DNA of 64,000 nt, taken from the NCBI RefSeq assembly GCF_006345805.1, contig NC_043013.1, positions 55,738,001-55,802,000 of the forward strand, written 5' to 3'. The first letter of the stretch is position 1, and each line of letters starts with the position of its first letter. The stretch comes from Octopus sinensis. Its lineage: Eukaryota. This document shows, in pieces, positions 12,341 to 26,673 of the stretch. Under the pieces are notes generated by a model, which saw nothing but the letters and a program-made list of their open reading frames with translations, made no database searches and had not been told where the DNA came from. Made by a program: the position numbers and the translations under genes.

Positions 12341-15294
12341 ATAAGTATTTACCTAGATGTTGATAGCATCATGATTACCCCCCCCCCACCTAAAATGTTT
12401 GTCTCAAACATGGATGGACCATTATTGTTCCAGAATCCAGTTCCAGATTAAAAAGCATATTCCTGCCTTCCTATAAGATATCGAGGACTCAATACAAATT
12501 CATCGTTTTTTTGGGATCTATCATTATTCCCTCCCAACTGCTCTGTGGAGAGTGTCATGCTTGCTTTTCTAAAAGTCAGTTAAAACAATCAGAAATTTTA
12601 GATAAATACTTCACTTAATGATGTAATTCATAATTCACACGGCCACTCCAGGAATTTCTTGTTTAACAAATGAATCTGTTAGATTTTTAATCTCTGATTG
12701 TTGTAATGACTGCAGAAATAATCAGTCTGTAGATGTGTGTTCCTTTTCATTTTCTATAGATTGAATTTATTTGATGGAGAAGCTTTTTATCTGGAGAAAT
12801 TAGCTATTTCTTACATTTTTCAGTCTTTCTTCTTTCTGTTCAAACAACAACAACAACAACAGCAGCAGCAGCAGCAGCAGCAGTAATAAAAGCATTTGTG
12901 CAAAGATTTCCCTCTCTGTGCAACGGCATATGTGCGAGTGTACGTGGTGCTTGTATATGTTCACCTACATACACAAGTGCAGTCTTTACATCAAGATATT
13001 TGATTTCAGTTCATTCGTTCGATTTCATTCTCGCTACTCTTGTAGGTTGTCAGCTACACATTATTTCAAGGAAGACAGGAAGTGTTAACACCTCTTCATA
13101 ATCCGCATCAGCCATTTAATTCTCTTGTGCAGCCAGTGACAAAGCAGATCAAAAGAGAAGATAATTTATTCGAACTGGTTCAGTAAATATTGTTTACATG
13201 AATTAACCAATAAAATTGCTTGTCAACATTTTTTAATGTAATTACTTGCATTGGTGGTGAGAGTTAGAATTGAGCCTAAGGGCTAATTGCATATTACAGG
13301 TAATACAAGATAGCTAACCTCACATGGCTACCCATCCTTCCTTTTATACACTGTCACCTATATTTGGTTACAATTATGAAAATGATTGTCTGTAAGTCAG
13401 AAAATACTTAAGGTGGAAGTAGTAGAGAATCTTAGTTCTTTGAAATTCCATCTGCCTATATCTGTCTATCACTGTCGTTGGTGATATATTAAGATATTAT
13501 ATTTCATTGTTGTATTTCTAAAAGGGAATCTGTTCTACTTGCATTTTCACTTCTCTATTTTCTTGTTTTATGACAGTAATACCTTCTAACACGTAGAGAC
13601 AAGGGGGGTCAAATATGAACTGGTTAGTAATTAGTTAATCCAATTTTCTTAAAAGGTACCCCCTTAAATTCAGAAGCCATTAAGCTATATTTCAACTAGT
13701 ATTTGCTTTCCTCATTTATTTCTTTTCCTGAAGTCTCATATTATCCTGTAAAACATAACAAATTGTGAAATAAAGTCAATAAATAAATATTTGGATTGCT
13801 GATAGCAGTAACAATGACGATGATGATGATGATGATATATCAACAGTGTTGCTGGAGGTGATACAAGGTTTAAAGAGTGAATTGAATTAGATGTTAAAAG
13901 TAACTTTGAACTTTTGGTTTTGCTGCTGGACATACTGTGAACCAATATTTCTAAGGAACATCTAAAAATGATGACCAATTAAATTTCTCTTCATGATTGT
14001 GTTTGCCAGTCAAACAAAGTGATGTTAAAGAAATAAATAGCACCATGAACTGTCACTAGCGGAGAACTATGAAGATACAAGAGATTTATTTTTAAGACAT
14101 CTGACACCATTTCTATAATTCGTTCTGTTTAGTTCTTGTAAGCAGATAGAGAACCATAAAACAAGCAGATTATGACAGTCAAAATTTAGACTGAATTTTA
14201 TAACTATTCTCATTTGGCATATTAAAAATTCAGTAATTCTGAAATAAGAATTACAGTAATGAAACATAATCAATTTTAATTAAAAATTGCTTCTATAATC
14301 TCCAAGACACAATCACATTGTATAGTTTTCTCCCCAAAGGTTTAACAGAAATTATATTTCATTTAGCCTTCAGCAATTCGTATTAAAAATTACTTCTTTT
14401 CTTTTTCAGATACTATTATGGCATTCATTACAACTTGCTCAAATGATAATTAGTCATTTTAAAATTTTGTTTAATGACTATGTACTTTATTTTCTGAGTC
14501 ATTTGTCAAGCATTTCTTAAACATCTGATCTTAAATGAGTTAATTAACCCTCGGGCATTGTTATGAATGTTTGGTCAATTCCTTGTATTGTTTTCATTAG
14601 CTCTCTTAGGTTTTATCATTGGAAATATTATTCCATTTGTATTGAAGCTAAAATTTATTTTCTTTAAAATGTTCTTACATCAATTCTATTAGTATTGGAT
14701 TGCAATCTTTTTCATGTAAAGAATTACGTACTTCTCTTTAAAAAATATTCTAATAGTTATTTAGCCAACTTTCTAACTTCTTCCATAATAAAATATTACA
14801 TTATTCTTTGAATCCAATCCTCAAAGCCACACAGTTTCTTAATGCTTCATTTTAATTGATAAAATCCATCCAGTCTCAATAAAACTAAAACATTTGACAA
14901 AGTACTGCTAAAATTTCTTCAAAAAACGGGAAGTAGTTATGTCTCTGATGGAGACCCATTTATTTCTTCTGAAATTAATTTTCTTGTTGTCTTTTACCTC
15001 AGTCTCCTGATATTATTCCAGTTGGGCTCAAGATGAGGAAAATCATGAATTTAGAGAATTTTCAGTACATTGAAACCTTGGATGAGATGAGACTAGATTC
15101 TTGATGAAAATATTGTGAAAATAAGAGATTTCAGGAAAAGAGTAAAAAAAGAAGAAAGGAGAATACTTTTGAGAAGATAAGGCAAATTAAGCAAATAAAG
15201 TATAAAGTATGTTGACTAAAGACGATATTCATATTATCAGGTATGATGAAGGAGATGACACATCACATGAGTACACGAAATATTCTTTTTCTTT

Positions 15295-15510
15295 TTTCTA
15301 CTCTAGGCACAAGGCCCGAAATTTTGGGGGAGGGGGCTAGTCGATTAGATCAACACCAGTAGACAACTGGTACTTAACTTATCAACCCTGAAAGGATGAA
15401 AGGCAAAGTCAACCTCAGTGGAATTTGAACTCAGAACATAAAGAGAGATAAAATAACACTAAGCATTTTGCCCAGTGTGCTAACGATTCTGCCAGCTCAC
15501 CACCTTGGGT
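15295..15510 (-). mobile_element. SINE family B (tRNA-derived)
   Basis: Minus strand GAGCTGGCAGAATCGTTAGCAC...TTCTGAGTTCAAATTCC...GACTTTGCCTTTCATCCTTTC, with A-box and B-box-like motifs. Confidence 0.8.
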
Positions 15511-15844
15511 AAACGAAATATTAAGTGATGAGAGGCTTACACATGAAACATATTCATATTAAGACATGAGAAAATCAAGAGAGAAAACAAGAGAAAAAAG
15601 CCCCATCACCTGATGAGTGAAACAATTACTGAAAGGTATAAGGGAACCAAGTCAATGCAATAACTATGTGGAGGAATGGGAAAGAAACTAATAATCTGAG
15701 CAGTTGTCCTTTATCAAGGAAGGAGGAAAGAGAAGAGATAAAAATAGAGATGAGGGAAGCTGGAAGGACAGACAGGAACTGAATCATTTTGGTGGTTTCT
15801 AGCAGAGAAGAATGAACTTGTAGTGTTGAAGAATGTAGTTAAAT

Positions 15845-15878
<34 letters not shown>

Positions 15879-16754
15879 TGAATTAAAATTAACATTCTTG
15901 ATCATTTGTTAAGACCAATAAAATCTCTTTTTACAAAAGCAGCAAAGAGAGAAGATGCAAGCATTAAACATATGAGATGTAAATACTGAACATTTTTAGC
16001 TGTAATTAAACATGACATACATGTAAATCTTAAACATGTGAAGATATATTTTTTAGATATAATGTAGATGCAAATATCAAACTCATGTAAGTATAACTAT
16101 TAAACATATATAGCTGTATGTATTAAATATGTGTAGATGTAGTTAAACCTATGTAGATGTAGACATAAAACCTAAAACAGATGTAACCATTAAAGGCATG
16201 CTTGGATGTAGATGTTAAACATTGCAATGTGGTAATTATTAAATAGAATGTACATGCAATTACATGACATCTAACACAGACTCAGGAACAGGGGTAACAG
16301 GGGGTGTTCTTGCACCCCTAAAATGTTTGTGGGGCAATGAAAACACTTTGAACATCTCAGGTTGGATGTGGGTTTGCACCCCCAAAGCCAATTTTGTTCC
16401 CACACTTAAGGTATAGATATAAGATATTAACATATTTTCATCTGTGACGATGACATTAAAACCTTTAAGACCCTGAATAATTATAATCTTGTTAACCGTA
16501 ACTGTTCTCACACACTCATATTGGTTATTTTCTACCACTTCTTGATGGTGTATCTTATCTAAATTCTCTCTTTCTTTGTTAGTTTGCAGCTATTTTGTGT
16601 TAGGTGCGTGGCTGAGAAGTTTGCTTTGCTACTATGTGGATTTGGGGTTCAGTTCAACATCAAGGTACCTTGGGCAAGTTTCTGCTACTATAACTCTGGG
16701 ACAACCAATGCCGTGAATTTGGTGCCTGTGTGTTGGAAGTGTCCAGAAGCCAAA

Positions 16755-16878
16755 CATCATCATCATCATCATCATTGATCATCTGTTTTCAAAACTGGCA
16801 TGGGTTGGACAGCTTGACAGGAACTGTCCAACCCATGCTAGCATGGAAAACGGACGTTAAATGATGATGATGATGATA

Positions 16879-16919
<41 letters not shown>

Positions 16920-16920
16920 A
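16755..16920. mobile_element. Two RTE 3' termini in inverted (fold-back) arrangement
   Basis: (CAT)n...GCATGGGTTGGACAG-cttgacaggaa-CTGTCCAACCCATGC...(GAT)n. Confidence 0.7.
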
Positions 16921-17166
16921 TCACACACACACATAAGGTGTGGTAAATAAATTGTTGTCTAAATTATGCAGAAATTAAAATAACACTTGGATCTCATTTA
17001 AACAGATATATTTACCAAAATTACATAAAAATATCTTGAAATACTAAAGAGTAAATTTATTCAATAAAATCGCCATTGGCTTCAATTACAGCCTCCAGAT
17101 GACTTCAAAATCAGTCAGATTGAATGTGAGATGGCTATCATCTGACAAGATGAGGCAATCATCATC

Positions 17167-17201
<35 letters not shown>

Positions 17202-17214
17202 ACAAATACATACA

Positions 17215-17430
17215 TACATGTGAGTGTGAATGTGTATCTTTGTGTTCATACTTGTTCCCCCTACCACTCCTTGTTAACTGGTATTGGTTTGTTTATGTCC
17301 CTATCAAAAGCGAATGCTAAAATAAGGACCAGGCTTAGAAAACTAAATACTGGGCTTGATTTCTTTGACCCTTTAAGGCAGGGCTCTAGCATGGCAGCAG
17401 TCCAATGACCGAAATAAGTGAAACATAAAA
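17215..17430 (+). mobile_element. SINE family A, 3' half, diverged
   Basis: CTGGTATTGGTTTGTTTATGTCCC...CTCTAGCATGGCAGCAGTCCAATGAC. Confidence 0.65.
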
Positions 17431-17848
17431 GGTATGAGTACATTTCTTCTTGTTATCCTAAAACCATTAGAATTAGATGTAAAAGATTAGAGATGATCAG
17501 AACAAACTGTCACAAGGACTTGTCTTAATGATAAAGTTTTTTGATTTGAGCAGAACAGACTGTCACCCTGCAGACCCTTGCAAAGAGCAAAACTTGTGAG
17601 CTGTGTAAGGTTGACATTGTGACTATATATGGAGCAGTTCAGTATCTATTTAGCGAAATATTAACCTTACATTGCAAGCTGTTGTCTCGCTGTGAAAAAC
17701 TTAACTCTCATGAACCAGCTATCTCCTGTGAATCACAAGTTAAGTGTTTTCTTCCTGAGAAAAACACGCAAAAAATAAAATATAAAAAATACGAAAGTGT
17801 CTTGTAATAATATAAGTGTTATGACAAGTAAAAAAAATAAAAAACACT

Positions 17849-17850
<2 letters not shown>

Positions 17851-17909
<59 letters not shown>

Positions 17910-17970
17910 TATTATTGTCTTGTCTATTATTATTATTATTATCATTACTATCATTATTGTCCTGTCTATA

Positions 17971-18020
<50 letters not shown>

Positions 18021-18032
18021 TACTATTATTTT
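17851..18032. repeat. (ATT)n compound microsatellite
   Basis: Direct reading; source of the poly-Ile ORFs. Confidence 0.95.
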
Positions 18033-19424
18033 GTGATAGAAAGTAAAAGGAAAAAAGCTAAAATATTAATAAAATAGAAATATAAGAAGTGAGACAAGAA
18101 TGTTCATATCAAAAGAAATAATCTATTGGAAATTGGAAATTATATTTTTGTTTTACAGTCATCTTCATGGCATCAGACTTTTAGAAATATGTTCTTCTCT
18201 CCACTTATGAAAAAAATATCAATGTTATTAAAAGATAGTATCTGAAGTAGGTACATTATTGTAGTAGCTGAAAGAAAGGAAAAGAATTAGTATATAATTT
18301 AAGTTAATTTCCCAAGACAAAACTTAATCCACGATTATATATTTTAGATGATTTCAGATAAGATATATTGGCACATTTGAGTTTTCCTTACAGATTTTCT
18401 ATCATAATAATTGCTAAAATACTGCTGAGAATTCTATAGAAGGTTGATTTATTTGACCTGCTTTGATAAAAACAAAATAAATATTCGAATAACAATTATT
18501 AAAGATTTATGTTCTCATTAAAGGGTTTCTCTTTCTCTCGTTCACACACACACAGAGGCACACACATGCAGGAGAAGATACATTCACAATAAATCTTTAG
18601 AGTCCTGTTGCAAGTGCTCATTTCCCAGTATCATTATCTCATAGAGAGATCAAGTAGCAAAAATGACCATCGGCAACTGAATCTCCTCCCAGCTGCACGG
18701 GTCTGCTTTAAATCCATTCTGTCAGAAAGTACTTTAAAGCTGACTCCTACAGCTTGGTTTTTTTCTTTTTGTCCTCATAGGGTCTACTCCACTACTTATC
18801 TGTCTTGACCAACACAGAAAGCAAGATGTTTGAGATTGCCAAGTACCATGAGGGTATCCCCATAAGATCTGGCCTACGTCCCATATCACTGCTGACCAGC
18901 TCTAACTTAAGATGCTCTGCCTACTTAGACCGAGGCTGCAATGCACTCAGTTACTGCATATGAATGTGGGGAGGCCTGGAAGGAGCGTTGATGAGAGATG
19001 CTGTGTAAAGACAAGGAAGACTGACACACTGCACTGCTCCCAGCTTCCCAATGGAGGTTAGCCAGTGGCTGTCAGCTGTGAGCCATTGCCATAACTTTAC
19101 TACATTGCATCATGTCACTCATCTACACATATACAATAGTGTACACAACAATTCACAGCTTCACTTAGGATATCAATCAGTATCCAATGGCGTTCATTTT
19201 AAATATCTAATAGCTAGTTGCAAAATTTTAATAGATTTCTATTCCAAAACTTCAAGATTCAGTTGAACTTTCAACATTGTCTCTGAATTGTGAGAAAACA
19301 TATTTGCTGCAAGTAGAAAAAGTTAAGTTTCGAATGTGACCAACCAAAAATATTCTCCCTACAATTATTAGCAATTAGGATTAAAAAAGTAATTATGATC
19401 CTCATTAAAATACAGGCCAAGAAA

Positions 19425-19625
19425 GTAGCCAGCTGGCAGAATTAGTAAACTGTTGGACAAAATGCCTAGTGGTATTTCTTCCAATGCATAACATTCTGAG
19501 TTCAAATTCTGCCATGGTCAACTTTGTCTTTGATCATTTTAGTGGCAATAAAAAAAGTACCAGTCATGTACTTGGGTCAATGGTATCAACTAAGCCCCTT
19601 CACTCAAAATCTCTAGTTTTGTGTC
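19425..19625 (+). mobile_element. SINE family B
   Basis: AGCTGGCAGAATTAGT...TTCTGAGTTCAAATTCTGCCATGGTCAACTTTG. Confidence 0.7.
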
Positions 19626-20144
19626 TAGAAAGCATTTTTATATGTACAACTTCTGCATTGGCTTTAGACAGAGTTTCCTTACCTGTATTACAGGCCCCAC
19701 AGCAAATCAATGCATTGGGTATTATAATATTAATTTATTGACTGCAAGCTACATCATACATAATCAGAATTGGATACTTAGACCAGTGAGAGCCCCCAGG
19801 CAAACTGTTCAGTGTGTCCACGGATTAAGATGGCACTGGCGTAGGGATATGAATGAAAACTGTGGGATATGGAATACATTCTGAGAATAATTTAATTCTT
19901 TTGAAGCAAACCTAAAACTAAAGTGTTTCAGCTCACATCCTCCTCCTTTGTTTGAATATCAGCTTCTTCAAGATCCAATGTTGTCTAAATATGTTCTTCC
20001 TTTTTTTTTAAAGATGTAAGGTGTGATTTGAGGGAGATATAACTACCATTTCTACTGGGATACAGAGGCAATGTATAGAGTTAGCAACAATTGAGTTAGA
20101 AGCAACCTAGCTACAAGATGCCAATATTTCAGAGCATTAAGGGG

Positions 20145-20335
20145 GAAAGCTGGCTGAATCATTCTTAGAGCATTTCGTCTATCTTTATGTTCTGAGTTCA
20201 AATTCCAACAAGGTCAATTTTGCCTTTCATTCTTTCAGGTTTGATAAAATAAATTCCCGTTGCATACTAGGGTCGATGTAATTGACTAAGCTCTTCCTCT
20301 GCAATTACGGGCCTTGTGCCAAAATTTGAAACTAA
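20145..20335 (+). mobile_element. SINE family B
   Basis: GCTGGCTGAATCATT...GTTCTGAGTTCAAATTCC...GGGTCGATGTAATTGACT. Confidence 0.7.
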
Positions 20336-21999
20336 TTTTTAAGAACATCATTTAATCAACCAAGAAAGCTTATCACAGACTTTCACTGTAAAAGATGTAT
20401 TCTTTATGATTAACTAAACCAAATCTCTGGCTATAGACTCTGATAAAATACTTCTATAATAATCTAAACTTACTCTTTTCTAAATAACTTTTAATTAACA
20501 CCTCTTTACCATGGGGGGAGGTGAAGCAAGAGACATCACTTCTTTCTTCTATTTTACCCTCTCATCTCCCAGCTTCACATTTTGTTTTTGTTCTAGAAAA
20601 TTCTTCCTTGTTTATTCCTCAATGTTGTTCGATCATTTCCTGTTTTTGGTCTTCCTGTGTCTCTGGCAATATCTAATGGAGATGACTGCAGATTAATGGC
20701 ATTTATTTCGTTTAGTACAAAGAAATTGAACATTGTAGAATTAGATGGAATTTCCTGTCTGAATCATGAAACATCTACATTATATACTGTAAAGCAGTTT
20801 ATGTGGATGCTTCCACACAACTGCCTGCCTGTCTGTCTGTCTCTCTGCTTATGAACAAAAAACTAGGACATATTCTAGTAATAACAGACAGGGTCGACAT
20901 TAAAATTAATAACAATATATTTAGTAATTAATGAAATGGAAGGGCATTAAAATTAACAACAATTAATCAGAAAATAAATCGCATTAAAATTATTTATCAA
21001 TTTGGATGTGCTGTGGGGACTGGCATGTCCAAGAATTGACCCAATGTTTCCTCTGCCTGTTATAAGAGCCAACTAAAAGAGGTTGAAGTAGGATTTGCAT
21101 TCTCACCTTGGAAGAGCCTCATCAGTAATGGCTGCCCAAACAGACCCATAGGTTGGGGAAGAGGGTGTCGCCTGGGCAGTGCAAAAGTATCCTTTGCCAG
21201 GAGTAGGGAACCATTAACAGATGGTGGATGCTGTTAAAGTGCATGCACCCTCCCCTGACCCATACTATTACCACGATTACTTATTGAGAGATAGAATAGT
21301 AATTAAAATTGCCAATGACTAATTAGAGAGTAGAAATAATTAGAGAGAAATGATTAGAAATAATTAGAGAATAGAAATAATTACAATTAACAGCAAAAAA
21401 GCAAAAAGAAACTGAGGTTTTAGCAAAAGTCATTAAGTGGTGTTTAGTAGCACTGGCATTAAGAAGGTCCTTCAGCTGTAGAGACATTAGAAGGGTCATG
21501 CAAGTGTAGAAGCAATTCCAAAGCAGACAGTGGAACATGATATAATCTAGAAACCTATGTGTTCCTGGCAAACTGTCCAACCCATACCAGCATAGAAGAT
21601 GGACATTAAAAGATGATGAGGAGGATTGTTTGCACATATGAATTCTGTCTCAAATATTTTGCCACGAACAATTAATATTTACAATTTCATGTGAACTTGT
21701 TATGATTTGTTCACTTTCCCAAAATTAAGAAGTCTTTTCATTACAATTGAAGCAATAAATATTTCAGTTAATCTATTTTCTCTGTTCACATTTAAATTTA
21801 TTTCAGAAATATGAAAAATTCCCAAATTACAAATGTAAAACTACCAGCAACAAATTTAGACTAAGTCATTGACAATAAAACCAATTTGTCTTTTTCTCGA
21901 TAGATCAGAAGACAGCAGACATTAATCAAATTTCTCACCTGTTTGTTAATAAATGTGACACATTAGTAGTCTCTACATACTCATACATATACATACATG

Positions 22000-22037
<38 letters not shown>

Positions 22038-22350
22038 ATACACATATATATATGCATGTGTTTTGTCTTTGTTGCCATACACATTCGCTAGCTTTCTTAC
22101 AAAGGGGGTCTAATGCTCTTAGCTTAGACTTTTTGCGGGTGCAACCAGATTGAACCATCTCAAGTGTAACTGCCCGAAATGGTCGAGACTTCTGGTAACT
22201 GACTGATGAAAGAAAACCAAGAATGACCTGTCTTTTTTTGCCTGTCTTTCTATTTGTTGTTTCTCTTGTCTGTCTTTGCATCATCTATCTGTCCGAATAT
22301 TTTAATTCCCTCTATTGCGTTTTTGATGTGTGTGTGTGTGTGTGTATATA

Positions 22351-22423
<73 letters not shown>

Positions 22424-22730
22424 GTGAGTATATACATATATGTATGTGTAAAATTTCCAGGATTCAAGAGAATCAGGTCTTTGAATAATGAAAGCACCTA
22501 GGTAGTGACTGAGTAAAAACCTTTATAATGACAAATACGTACTTACTGAAGTAAACATGGATTTGTTTTCCAGTTATTCACATGTGGCTGAATGAATACA
22601 CAACAAGTCATGAACATCACACATGGGAACACTCACTGCACCTTTGGCACCACCATCTGTAGACTCCACATCCAAACAAATTTGAGTCAGCAAAGTAATC
22701 TGGCACAATGTACTTGAGAGGGTCTCATTG

Positions 22731-22980
22731 TTCTAATTCTTACCTGTATTTAATTATTCTAACTCTTACCTGTATTTAATTATTTTAATTCTTACCTGTA
22801 TTTAATTATTCTAACTCTTACCTGTATTTAATTATTCTAACTCTTACCTGTATTTAATTATTGTAACTCTTACCTGTATTTAATTATTTTAATTCTTACC
22901 TGTATTTAAATATTCTAATTCTTACCTGTATTTAATTATTCTAATTCTTACCTGTATTTAATTGCTCTAATTCTTACTTG
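22731..22980. repeat. 26-bp minisatellite, ~10 copies (CTTACCTGTATTTAATTATTCTAACT)
   Basis: CTTACCTG at 22739, 22765, 22791, 22817, 22843, 22869, 22895, 22921 and 22947, plus a variant at 22973; exact 26-bp period. Confidence 0.95.
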
Positions 22981-23504
22981 TACTCACCTAATGAAATGGC
23001 ATTTAAAATTTATGACAGTTGTTTTGTTAGGATTATATTAATTCACTTATAGAAGATTACATGATAGCATAGAATCCATCATTATTATCAGGTAAGATTC
23101 CAGACAGGAGAGATTTCTTACTCTGATCTGGAAAAATCCAGCATTAGTCGGATGGTTAATATTATGTATTGATGTAGTCTTCTACGAATGTATTAATAAA
23201 ATTCCACTGAAAGAATTGTTGTAAATCTTAAATACCATTTCTGTTTACTTTTTATATCTGCACCACACCAAGACCAATCCCAAAGTCATTGGATTTATGG
23301 TTTAAATTGAATTTGGTATTTGCATATCAAGTGGTAACCAACCACCATTTGATGCCTTCAGTGTTGTTTACCTCACTGTCAGCTCTATGCTAAGGTACCT
23401 GATCAATCCTGTCATCCTGTGAAGTGGTGTGCTGAGGTTTTAATGAACCGTTATAACTAAATCTGTATCACTTTGCTATGTCTAGCTCAATCACCCGTCT
23501 ACAT

Positions 23505-23732
23505 CTATTTCTTTACTCCCCACAAGCGGCTAAACACAGAGAGGACAAACAAGGACAGACAAACGGATTAAATCGATTACATCGACCCCAGTGCATAACT
23601 GGTACTTATTTAATCGACCCCCGAAAGGATGAAAGTCGACCTCGTCAGAGTTTGAACTCAGAACGTAATGGCAGACGAAATACGACTACACATTTCGCCT
23701 GGCATGCTAACGTTTCTTCCAGCTCACCGCCT
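23505..23732 (-). mobile_element. SINE family B, near full length
   Basis: Minus strand GGCGGTGAGCTGGAAGAAACGTTAGCATGCC...GTTCTGAGTTCAAAC...GGGGTCGATGTAATCGA. Confidence 0.85.
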
Positions 23733-23994
23733 TACCTGTATACATCGTCATCACTATCACCATCTTTGTCATCATCATCATCATTTAACTGCTTGCATAA
23801 ATCATTACTAATTTATCTCTTTCCCTCTCCACCCTGGGTACTCTCACCCACTCCTCTTTAATCCTAATAGCCCTTCAGCTCCCGCACAGCAAGAGTCTTG
23901 TCCTGTTATGACCCCTTCTTCAATTCTTTTGCCTTCCATCTCCAAGCCTTGCATGTTTACATGGTACCCCCATGAGTACAGATGCCGTAAAAAG

Positions 23995-24200
23995 CAAAAA
24001 GCATCCCATCCATTCTTTGGAAAGTGGCTGGCATTAGGAAAGGCATTAAGTTGCAGAGACTATGCCAAAGCAGACGTTGAAGCATGATGCAAACCTCTGA
24101 ATCTTCAGATTCAGTCAAACTGTCCAACCCATGCCAGCATGGAAGATGGACATTAAATGATGATGACGACGATGATGATGATGATGATGATGATGATAAG
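23995..24200 (+). mobile_element. RTE-type 3' stub with GAT tail (similar stub at ~21440-21630)
   Basis: GGCATTAGGAAAGGC...CAAACTGTCCAACCCATGCCAGCATGGAAGATGGACATTAAATGATGATG. Confidence 0.7.
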
Positions 24201-26673
24201 CATGGTGATGATTTTGGCAAAACATGATGTTTAAGCATCCCCAAGAATTAGAAACTATTACCAAACATCAAAAGCACTTCTTAGTAAGAATTTGGATATG
24301 AAATTGTATTTATGTGAAACAGTATTTGTTGTGAGTGAGTCATTCTTTGTCCACTCTAAACACAGGAGGCACTGGTGTGGCTTTTGACTTGTTTTGTTGA
24401 GAAGATAATGAAAAGACAATAATCAAATAAAGAAAAAAGAAGATAACATAGATAGAGAGGTAAATGAAGAGAGAGAAAGTGTGTATATATGTGTTGTGTG
24501 TGTGTGTGAGTGTGTGTGTGTGTGTGTATGTGTGATTGTGTGTTTACTGGCAATAATTATAACATTTAAATAGTTTTAAAATATCAAACACTGGTTTTTT
24601 TAAAATCCAGCATTAATATTTTATATTTTCAGTTTATAAATATAAAGTTTACTTCAAAGATATTCCAACCAGTTAAGTAAGCACAGACGAGGCATAAGTT
24701 TTTTTTTTTGATGATATCATGCTTTTCGAACATTCTGTATTTTATTTTTTATTATACATCAATACATTCTGATGAGTCTCTTCATGTTTGTTACAGAATT
24801 CTACCATTAAACCCTCCAGCCTTTTTATAGGCACCTGTCATATTTGGTAACATTCTTGGAATTTTGAATCCAATCCTTTATTAAATCCATGGGGCTTTAA
24901 TTATTCTCATTCTGTCATCCGTGTCAGAGATATTCTCTTCATTAGTTATTCAGTAAATTCTAAAAGTAACCAAACAGATACACGCTGCTAAATTTAAATT
25001 TCCAAGTTTCCATGAGTGAATAAGATACGACTATATATTCCTGTTCTTGCTTCATTTGAAGTAATTCTTGAAGCAGTGCAAGTGATTAAAATGTTTATAT
25101 TCATAAGGTGTCAGGAGCGAAAAACATAAAACTACTGCAGTTAAGGTGAAGTTCATATTTAAACACTTCCTTGACTTATTTTGATGTTTATAAATCAGGC
25201 AATACTGAAGTTGAGATGACAATCTGATTGATAGGGTATAAAAAGTTGGAGTGAAAACCAAACTTCTGACAGCTATAACTTATCAAATGGAATGCACTCA
25301 GGAAAAGACAAACTAAAAAGCAAAATTGAAAAATCAAGAAATGTCCTTTTCGGAGTAGATATTTTTAATATGCATAAATACATTCTGAAAGTAGTCCATT
25401 ATGTATGTACATAATTTATGAAGTCCTATGTATACTTTTAAAATTTTATTTCTATTGCTGTGTTTTAGTTTGAAGATTTGAAGAAATGGTGTGTTGCCAA
25501 AGAAAAGAAAAACAATTAAATGGAGTCGAGATTCTGAGAAGCGAAATGTTGTTCTGAAGAGATTGATAAATGTTAGTATGAAGTTGTTTAAACAAATCAT
25601 ATCTCTATCAAATAAACTTTCAGAATATGTTATTGAACTTTAATCTAAGATAGGAAATAAGGAACAAAACCAGTAAAAATGATGCTAAAATTTAGACAAC
25701 ATAAATATCGAGTGTTTTCGATTGTAAATTTATTATTATTTAACTGCACACAATATGGCAAGTAAATTTACACTGTGTGCCATTAAAAATGTGAACTGAA
25801 ACAACAACAACAACAACAACAATAATAATAATAAAGTTGGCAATGACAAATTACAAAGTTTATCCTTTAAACATCAGTTTTAGATTTACATTTCAAACTA
25901 ATGGAATTTTCTTTTAAGTTGTTATTTACTAAATATTTCAGCAACATTTTAACAATCTTGGACAGCACCAGCATGGGCTGATAGACTTTAGTCTTTTATA
26001 TATTGTTGTTTCAGGAAATGGACTGGGACCATGCTGGAGCCATGACTTCAAGGGTTTTAGTGGATTAGATTGATTCTAGGAGTGTGTCTGCTACTTGTTT
26101 TGTAGATTTTAGAAAGAGAAAAATGATGTTGACTTAGTGCATTGCTTCACCATTTTTCGTTAGAAATGTCTCTCACTCATACATTTGATGTAATTCTTAT
26201 TTCTAGCCGTATATCTCCCTACTTTTGGTTGGAATCATCTTCTCTAATAGAATGTGTCACCAATTTTGGTCTGAAGAATGTTCTCTAGCCAAATGTCTCA
26301 CCACTTATTACCATTCTTTTTCATCTTTTAGTGAATTTCCTTTTCAGCTTCACCAATTCTTCCATATTTTCTGCTTCTGCATAATTCTTCCACTTGGGTT
26401 GCATAGCATTTCTATACAAAAATGCCATCCTCCATAAGCAACATCATATGTCTGCATCAGTACAGTCTCCTTTCTTACACATTACATCTCATTCCTCCTG
26501 TACTAATTTTTCTCAGGGCTCATTTGTGCTCCACCCCACTTCCCTACCAACATTACACATGAAATGTAGAACATGGTCATTTCATTCCCCATCACTTATA
26601 TGTTTCACTAACATTCCACACTGCACAACAATCATACAACTTGCCATGCATCAAATCTCTTGTAAATACACTA

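Noticed and set aside
12843-12882. (CAA)(CAG) run as a polyglutamine exon
   Set aside because: The Gln frame ends immediately in TAATAA and no flanking coding context is evident.
15610-15623. CTGATGA-GT-GAAAC hammerhead core
   Set aside because: Only 2 nt lie between the core halves (no stem II), and there is no stem I or NUH triplet.
18780-18965. Acceptor plus 60 open codons containing LRPISLL (LINE RT-like)
   Set aside because: A single short motif with no neighbouring RT motifs; cannot distinguish from chance.
22170-22215. CGAAATGGTC and CTGATGAAAG motifs in a small repeat
   Set aside because: I could not assemble consistent stems; it may be a decayed pLTR but is not supportable.
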